Assembly (NCBI GenBank): GCA_965229435.1
Contig: CBDDJE010000005.1
Span: 32,628-96,627 of the forward strand
DNA length: 64,000 nt
Source of the DNA: Longimicrobiales bacterium
GTDB lineage: Bacteria > Gemmatimonadota > Gemmatimonadetes > Longimicrobiales > Gaopeijiaceae
Direction: 5' to 3'
Below are positions 59,151 to 64,000 of this stretch, in pieces. Within the stretch, counting starts at the first letter, position 1. Every line of letters begins with the position of its first letter. A program made the position numbers and the translations under genes. The notes under the pieces were generated by a model. It did not search any database, had not been told where the DNA came from, and worked only from the letters and a program-made list of their open reading frames with translations.

Positions 59151-61487
59151 ATGAGCACCACAGGGGTGGGATCGCACGTAGGCGTCGCCGACGCCACGAG
59201 TGACCGTGAGGAGACTGTCTTTCCGGTAACGGGAATGACGTGCGCGAACTGCGTGGCCACCGTGGAGCGCACGTTGCGCAAGACGGCGGGCGTCGAGTCC
59301 GTGGCGGTGAACTACGCGTCCGAGCGGGCGACGGTTCGGTACGACCCCGGGACCGTGACCATGGAGGAGATGGCCGCTGCCGTGGAGCGTGCCGGGTATG
59401 GGGTCGTCCTGGTCGACGAGGGCGATCTCGAAGATGCCGAGGCCGAGGCCCGGACCGCCGAGATCGGCCGTCAGGAGCGGAGCTTCTGGACGGGTGTGGC
59501 GTTCGCGGCGCCTCTCTTTGTCCTGAGCATGGCCAGGGACTTCGGTATCGTGGGCATGTGGGCCCACGAGCCGTGGGTCAACTGGCTCATGTTCGCCCTG
59601 GCGACTCCCGTCCAATTCTACGTGGGCTGGGACTTCTACGACGGTGCCTGGAAGTCTCTGCGCAACGGCGCGGCCAACATGGACGTTCTCGTCGCCCTCG
59701 GCTCGAGCGTCGCCTACGGCTACTCGGTGGTCGTGGCCGCGGCGGTGACCCTCGGTAGCACGGCGGCCGGCGAGCACGTCTACTTCGAGACTGCCGCTCT
59801 GATCATCACCCTCATCAAGCTGGGCAAGCTCCTCGAGGTCCGGGCCAAGGGTGAGACGGGTTCGGCCATCCGGGAACTCATGGAGCTTCGGCCTCCCGTG
59901 GCCCGCCGTGTGCGGGACGGGGTGGAGGAAGACGTTGCCGTGGAGGATGTCCAGGTCGGTGACCTCCTCGTCGTCCGCCCTGGCGAGCGCGTGCCGGTGG
60001 ATGGAGTCGTCGTCGACGGATACTCGACGCTGGACGAGAGTATGCTCACCGGCGAGAGCCTTCCTGTGGACAAGGGAGAGGGGGACGAGGTCGTGGGCGG
60101 GACGGTGAACCGGACCGGGTCCTTCCGCATGCGAGCGACCAAGGTGGGAGTGGACACGGCCCTGGCCCAGGTGGTGCGGATGGTCCGCGAGGCCCAGGGC
60201 AGCAAGGCGCCGATCCAACGCCTGGCCGACCGCGTGGCTGCCGTCTTCGTGCCCGTGGTCATCGTCGTCGCGCTCATCACCTTCGCCATCTGGTGGCTGG
60301 TGGTGGGAGCCGGCTTCACCCCGGCGCTCCTGCGGCTCGTGGCCGTCCTCGTCATCGCCTGCCCATGCGCCCTCGGCCTGGCCACGCCCACCGCTGTCAT
60401 GGCGGGAACAGGTCGCGGAGCCCGGCGAGGCATCCTCTTTCGTAGCTCCGAGGCCCTCGAGCGAGCCCGCGACATCGCTGTCGTCGTCCTCGACAAGACG
60501 GGCACCATCACCCTCGGTGAGCCGGCGGTTCTCGACATGGTGACACAAGGAGGTGATGACGAACTCCTGCGCCTCGCGGCCTCGGCCGAGCTCCGGAGTG
60601 AGCACCCCATCGGCGAGGCCGTGGTGGCCGCAGCTCGCCAGCGGGACCTCGTATTGGACGAGCCGTTGAGCTTCGAGGCAGTGCCTGGTCGGGGCATCGT
60701 CGCTACCGTCGAAGGGCGGCGCGTGGTCGTGGGGACGAGGATCCTCGTCGATGAGCAGATCGGAGCAGTGGGCGGTGGCTCGGAGGGGGCGGAGGGAGCC
60801 CTGGCCGGGGTGAGGGGGCACTGGGTCGAGGCGGCCGACCGTATCGAGAGGGCCGCACAGACGCCCCTTTGGGTTGCCGTAGACGGGGAGGTCCTGGGCC
60901 TTCTCGGCGTGGCCGATGCCGTGAAGGAGGGGTCCGCTGAGGCCATCCGCGCCCTCCGCGCCGAGGGCCTCCGCGTCGTGATGCTCACGGGAGACAACCG
61001 GCGCGTCGCCGAGAGCATCGCCGCCGAGGTCGGCATCGATGAGGTGCGAGCCGAGGTCCTACCCGGTCGGAAGGCCGAAGTGGTTCAAGCGCTCCGGGCC
61101 GAGTCCGGCGGCGCCGTGGCCATGGTGGGTGATGGAATCAACGACGCACCGGCTCTCGCTCAGGCCGATGTAGGCATCGCCATCGGGACGGGAACCGACG
61201 TGGCCATGGAGACCGCCGACGTGGTGCTCATGCGGGGCGACCTCAGGGTGGTCCCCGAAGCGCTGGCCCTCAGTCGGCGAACCATGAAGACCATCGAGCA
61301 GAATCTCTTCTGGGCCTTCTTCTACAACACGGCCCTCATTCCAATCGCGGCTGGAGCGCTCTATTCCTTCTCCTTCCTGCCGATGATGCTCCGCTCGCTT
61401 CACCCCGTGCTGGCCGCATTGGCCATGGCGTTCAGCTCGGTAAGCGTGGTGGCGAACAGCCTGAGGCTCCGACGACTCGAGCTTTGA
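59151..61487 (+). CDS. copA: Copper-translocating P1B-type ATPase.
   Basis: N-terminal HMA (GMTCANCV). The TM CPC motif (ACPCALG), the phosphorylation site DKTGTIT, the hinge [10 protein letters not shown] and eight TM segments are all present. Confidence 0.9.
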   Translation: MSTTGVGSHVGVADATSDREETVFPVTGMTCANCVATVERTLRKTAGVESVAVNYASERATVRYDPGTVTMEEMAAAVERAGYGVVLVDEGDLEDAEAEARTAEIGRQERSFWTGVAFAAPLFVLSMARDFGIVGMWAHEPWVNWLMFALATPVQFYVGWDFYDGAWKSLRNGAANMDVLVALGSSVAYGYSVVVAAAVTLGSTAAGEHVYFETAALIITLIKLGKLLEVRAKGETGSAIRELMELRPPVARRVRDGVEEDVAVEDVQVGDLLVVRPGERVPVDGVVVDGYSTLDESMLTGESLPVDKGEGDEVVGGTVNRTGSFRMRATKVGVDTALAQVVRMVREAQGSKAPIQRLADRVAAVFVPVVIVVALITFAIWWLVVGAGFTPALLRLVAVLVIACPCALGLATPTAVMAGTGRGARRGILFRSSEALERARDIAVVVLDKTGTITLGEPAVLDMVTQGGDDELLRLAASAELRSEHPIGEAVVAAARQRDLVLDEPLSFEAVPGRGIVATVEGRRVVVGTRILVDEQIGAVGGGSEGAEGALAGVRGHWVEAADRIERAAQTPLWVAVDGEVLGLLGVADAVKEGSAEAIRALRAEGLRVVMLTGDNRRVAESIAAEVGIDEVRAEVLPGRKAEVVQALRAESGGAVAMVGDGINDAPALAQADVGIAIGTGTDVAMETADVVLMRGDLRVVPEALALSRRTMKTIEQNLFWAFFYNTALIPIAAGALYSFSFLPMMLRSLHPVLAALAMAFSSVSVVANSLRLRRLEL

Positions 61488-61606
61488 GAGCCTGGCGAAG
61501 AGCGTCCCGCCAGAGGGCGTCACGCCATAGAGCGTCACGACAACAGCCTCGGCGCGAGGTGGCTTCAGCGCACGGTCGCGGGGACGGCCCGAAGGCCAGA
61601 AGATCG

Positions 61607-61634
61607 TTGACCCGCGCCGGGCCCGGCCGTAACC
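61607..61634 (+). promoter_or_regulatory. Sigma-70-type promoter candidate (TTGACC-N16-TAACCT) for the riboswitch-metB transcript.
   Basis: The -35 TTGACC is at 61607 and the -10 TAACCT at 61629. The implied transcription start is about 61641, just before the riboswitch P1 stem. Confidence 0.4.
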
Positions 61635-61644
61635 TTGAAAGACG

Positions 61645-61768
61645 AAAACTCATCGAGACCGGCTGAGGGATAGGCCCTTTGACGCCGGGGCAACCTTTCG
61701 TGTGTGGCTGCGCGAGGAAGGTGCCAACTCCTGCGGATTCGGGATGTCCCGAGCCGGAAGATGAGTCG
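61645..61768 (+). ncRNA. SAM-I (S-box) riboswitch in the metB leader.
   Basis: CTCATCGAGACCGGCTGAGGGATAGGCCCTTTGACGCCGGGGCAACC...GAAGGTGCCAACTCCTGCGG...GAAGATGAG. The P1 arms CTCATC/GATGAG are present, together with the kink-turn/GA motif, the conserved GGC...GCC and CAACC, and the AAGGTGCCAA(C/T)TCCTGC block. Confidence 0.75.
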
Positions 61769-61855
61769 CCCAGCCGTGCTTTCCGCGGTGGCCACGATGG
61801 ATGGGCGATGGATTCTCCAGGGGTCAGATGAGACCACCTCGTCAGGAGAATCCGC

Positions 61856-63172
61856 ATGACAGCCCGCACCGCCTCCGTGGGAAGCACTCGCACCCACGTC
61901 GACGCTTACGTGAGCACCGGCTCGTCGCCGGGCAGGTCCGGCTCTCCCAGCGCTCACCTCGGCTCCGTGTCGCCGTGCGGGGATGTCCCCGGGAGCCGGC
62001 CTACGCAGGCCGTGCGTGCTGGCATCGGATCGGATCGCGGGCACGGAGCCGTCGTGCCACCCATCCATCTCTCCGCCAACTTCGTGTTCGAAGCCGCCGG
62101 AGTCTGCGGCGCGTACGACTACACGCGGACCGCCAACCCGACCCGGGACCTCCTCGGGCAGGCGCTGGCCGATGTCGAGGGAGGGGTGGGGTCGGTGGTC
62201 ACGGCATCGGGCATGGCGGCGGTGGCCGTGGCTACCCAGCTCCTCCGTTCCGGTGATGTGCTGGTGGCGCCACACGACTGCTATGGCGGGTGCCATCGCC
62301 TGTTCACCGCGGCCTCCCGCCGCGTCGGCTTCGAGGTCGTTTTCCTGGATCAGCGCTCGGAGGCTTCCTTTGAGTCGGTTCGGCGGCTGCGGCCTCGCAT
62401 GATCTGGCTCGAGAGCCCCAGCAACCCCCTCCTGCGGGTCACCGACCTCCGACGATGGGCGGAACTCGCTCGGGAGGTGGGGGCGGTGAGCGTCGCCGAC
62501 AACACCTTCCTCTCGCCTGCGGGGCAGTCGCCTCTGGCGCTGGGCGTGGACCTGGTCGTGCACTCGACCACCAAGTTTCTGAACGGCCATTCGGATGTGG
62601 TGGGGGGCGCCGTCGTCGCGAACGACGAGGCCCTGCTGGAGGAGTTGGCGTGGTGGTCCAACTGCCTGGGCGTGTCTGGAGCGCCCTTCGATGCGTATCT
62701 CACGCTCCGTGGTCTGCGAACCCTGTTCGCCCGGACAGAGGTGCACGAGAGGAACGCCCTGGCCGTTGTGGACCTCCTGGCCTCCCACCCCGTGGTGGCG
62801 CGACTCCACCACCCGTCCCTCCCGGACCATCCCGGGCACGACGTGGCGAGGGTGCAGCAACACCGATGGGGCAGTCTGGTCTCGCTCGAGCTCGTTGGTG
62901 GCCGCCTTTCCGTGGACGGCTTTCTCGCTTCCCTCCGACACTTCACCCTCGCCGAGTCGCTCGGAGGCGTGGAGAGCCTGGTCAGCCATCCCGCGACCAT
63001 GACTCACGCATCCATGGATGCCGACGCCCGGGCGTTGGCCGGTATCGGCGACGGGCTCGTCCGCTTATCCATCGGAATCGAAGACGAAGGGGATCTTCTC
63101 GACGATCTGGCGACGGCTCTCGTCGCGGTCGAGGCTTGCTCCGAGCGGGAGGAGGCGACATGCGTGTCCTAG
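61856..63172 (+). CDS. metB: PLP-dependent cystathionine gamma-synthase/O-succinyl(acetyl)homoserine sulfhydrylase (MetB/MetZ family).
   Basis: Cys/Met-metabolism PLP fold. It has the conserved block ...PIHLSANFVFE..., the PLP Lys region VVHSTTKFLNGHSDVVGG and a C-terminal ...SLGGVESL..HPA.MTHAS....R... block. An N-terminal extension of about 50 aa is possible. Confidence 0.8.
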   Translation: MTARTASVGSTRTHVDAYVSTGSSPGRSGSPSAHLGSVSPCGDVPGSRPTQAVRAGIGSDRGHGAVVPPIHLSANFVFEAAGVCGAYDYTRTANPTRDLLGQALADVEGGVGSVVTASGMAAVAVATQLLRSGDVLVAPHDCYGGCHRLFTAASRRVGFEVVFLDQRSEASFESVRRLRPRMIWLESPSNPLLRVTDLRRWAELAREVGAVSVADNTFLSPAGQSPLALGVDLVVHSTTKFLNGHSDVVGGAVVANDEALLEELAWWSNCLGVSGAPFDAYLTLRGLRTLFARTEVHERNALAVVDLLASHPVVARLHHPSLPDHPGHDVARVQQHRWGSLVSLELVGGRLSVDGFLASLRHFTLAESLGGVESLVSHPATMTHASMDADARALAGIGDGLVRLSIGIEDEGDLLDDLATALVAVEACSEREEATCVS

Positions 63173-64000
63173 CCTCCCCCGGCCTCTCGGTACTGAAGTT
63201 CGGCGCCTCTCTCCTTGCCGACGCCGACGGGTATCGGGCCGTGGCGATGGAGCTACTCCGGGAGGTCGGTGGCGGCCGCCGGGTCCTGGCGGTCGTTTCG
63301 GCGCGGCGGGGGGTCACCGATGCCCTGCTGTCCGAAGCCCGAGCTCTGGGCCATCGAGGCGACTCCGACCTCCAGGCGCGGCTCCTCGGGACGGGTGAGG
63401 AAGCTTCGGCAGCCCTTCTGGCGCTGGCGGTTCGGCAGGTGGGTCTACGCGTGGCCGCGCTGAGCGCAGGCGAGCTGTCCCTTCGCACCGAGGGCCCCGC
63501 CGACGATGCCGTCCCTGTCGGCCTCGCTGGGGACGCCTTGCGCGACGTCGTCCGGACCCACGACGTCACCGTCGTGCCCGGCTTCGTGGGCCGGGACGCT
63601 GCGGGCCGCCCGACGCTCCTGGGACGGGGCGGATCGGACTACACTGCCCTCTTCTTGGGCGCCTGGCTGGGCGCAGAGGAGATCCGTCTCGTGAAGGATG
63701 TGGACGGGGTATTTCTCGGTGATCCACGGACCCCCTCGACGGGGAGGGCGCACGCTCTCCGTTCCGCGACCTGGGACGAGGTGGCTCGTTTGGGCAATGG
63801 AGTCGTTCAGCCCAAGGCCTTGGCATTCGCTGCGTCCAGGGGCGTGGCGTTCCGGGTGACGGGCCTCGGCGGCCGGGGGACGTGGGTGGGCAGAGATCGG
63901 TCCGTCCGTCGTCTGCCCGTGGCGGTGCTGGGCGCGACAGGCCTCGTCGGGCAACAGGTCGTCCGACTTCTCGCGGACCACCCGTGGCTGGAGATCGTCG
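63160..64000 (+). CDS. In-frame fusion of an aspartokinase-like amino-acid-kinase catalytic domain (no ACT domains) with an aspartate-semialdehyde dehydrogenase-like N-terminus. Partial: the gene runs off the window end.
   Basis: The ATG follows the RBS GGGAGGAGG and overlaps the metB end by 13 nt. Kinase motifs VLKFGASLL and VVSARRGVTDALL are present with no ACT domain. After about 255 aa the sequence continues, with no stop, into VAVLGATGLVGQQVVRLLADHPWLEIV, an Asd/ArgC-type NAD(P) Rossmann N-terminus. I checked 280 codons by hand and found no stop. Confidence 0.55.
   Translation, partial: MRVLASPGLSVLKFGASLLADADGYRAVAMELLREVGGGRRVLAVVSARRGVTDALLSEARALGHRGDSDLQARLLGTGEEASAALLALAVRQVGLRVAALSAGELSLRTEGPADDAVPVGLAGDALRDVVRTHDVTVVPGFVGRDAAGRPTLLGRGGSDYTALFLGAWLGAEEIRLVKDVDGVFLGDPRTPSTGRAHALRSATWDEVARLGNGVVQPKALAFAASRGVAFRVTGLGGRGTWVGRDRSVRRLPVAVLGATGLVGQQVVRLLADHPWLEIV

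Noticed and set aside
61565-63007. 480-aa minus-strand ORF antisense to metB
   Set aside because: metB carries the PLP-lysine and family blocks. The antisense ORF is Arg/Gly-rich with no features, and it would also run through the SAM riboswitch.

Overview
This 64 kb window is a high-GC (visually about 68-70%), densely coding bacterial chromosomal segment. It is probably from a Gram-negative organism: it has outer-membrane beta-barrel proteins, lipoproteins, Tat signals, a PEP-CTERM protein and periplasmic c-type cytochromes. I support about 55 protein-coding genes, one riboswitch, and several promoter, operator, terminator and repeat elements. The most elaborate system is a complete quinohemoprotein amine dehydrogenase (QHNDH, qhp) locus at about 14.8-23.8 kb on the minus strand, a RiPP-like protein-maturation cluster. 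Its translationally coupled genes are the FAD monooxygenase QhpG, the dihaem alpha subunit QhpA, the radical-SAM/SPASM thioether maturase QhpD, the Cys-rich gamma-subunit precursor QhpC, the beta-propeller QhpB, the ABC exporter QhpF and the subtilisin-like leader peptidase QhpE. The gene order here is G-A-D-C-B-F-E. Next to the locus is a Tat-exported FMN-dependent alpha-hydroxy-acid dehydrogenase homologue that carries an inserted CxxCH motif and is paired with a Sel1-repeat protein. Other notable elements:
- a SAM-I riboswitch ahead of metB, followed by what appears to be an ACT-less aspartokinase fused in frame to an aspartate-semialdehyde dehydrogenase N-terminus;
- a csoR-copZ-copA copper operon with a near-perfect poly-C/poly-G CsoR operator palindrome;
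- a sigma-54-type promoter;
- a lower-GC islet with a PEP-CTERM protein, an inverted repeat and a clean intrinsic terminator;
- a small membrane-anchored coiled-coil protein whose (Asp-Phe)n tract is encoded by a GACTTC hexanucleotide tandem repeat;
- an aldo/keto-reductase-RidA fusion.
Ordinary genes include sorAB sulfite dehydrogenase, flotillin/NfeD, GGT, NupC, PFK, FadD, LctP and PdxH. The high GC produces many long shadow ORFs, which I reject. All calls come from reading the translations and DNA. No database searches were run.
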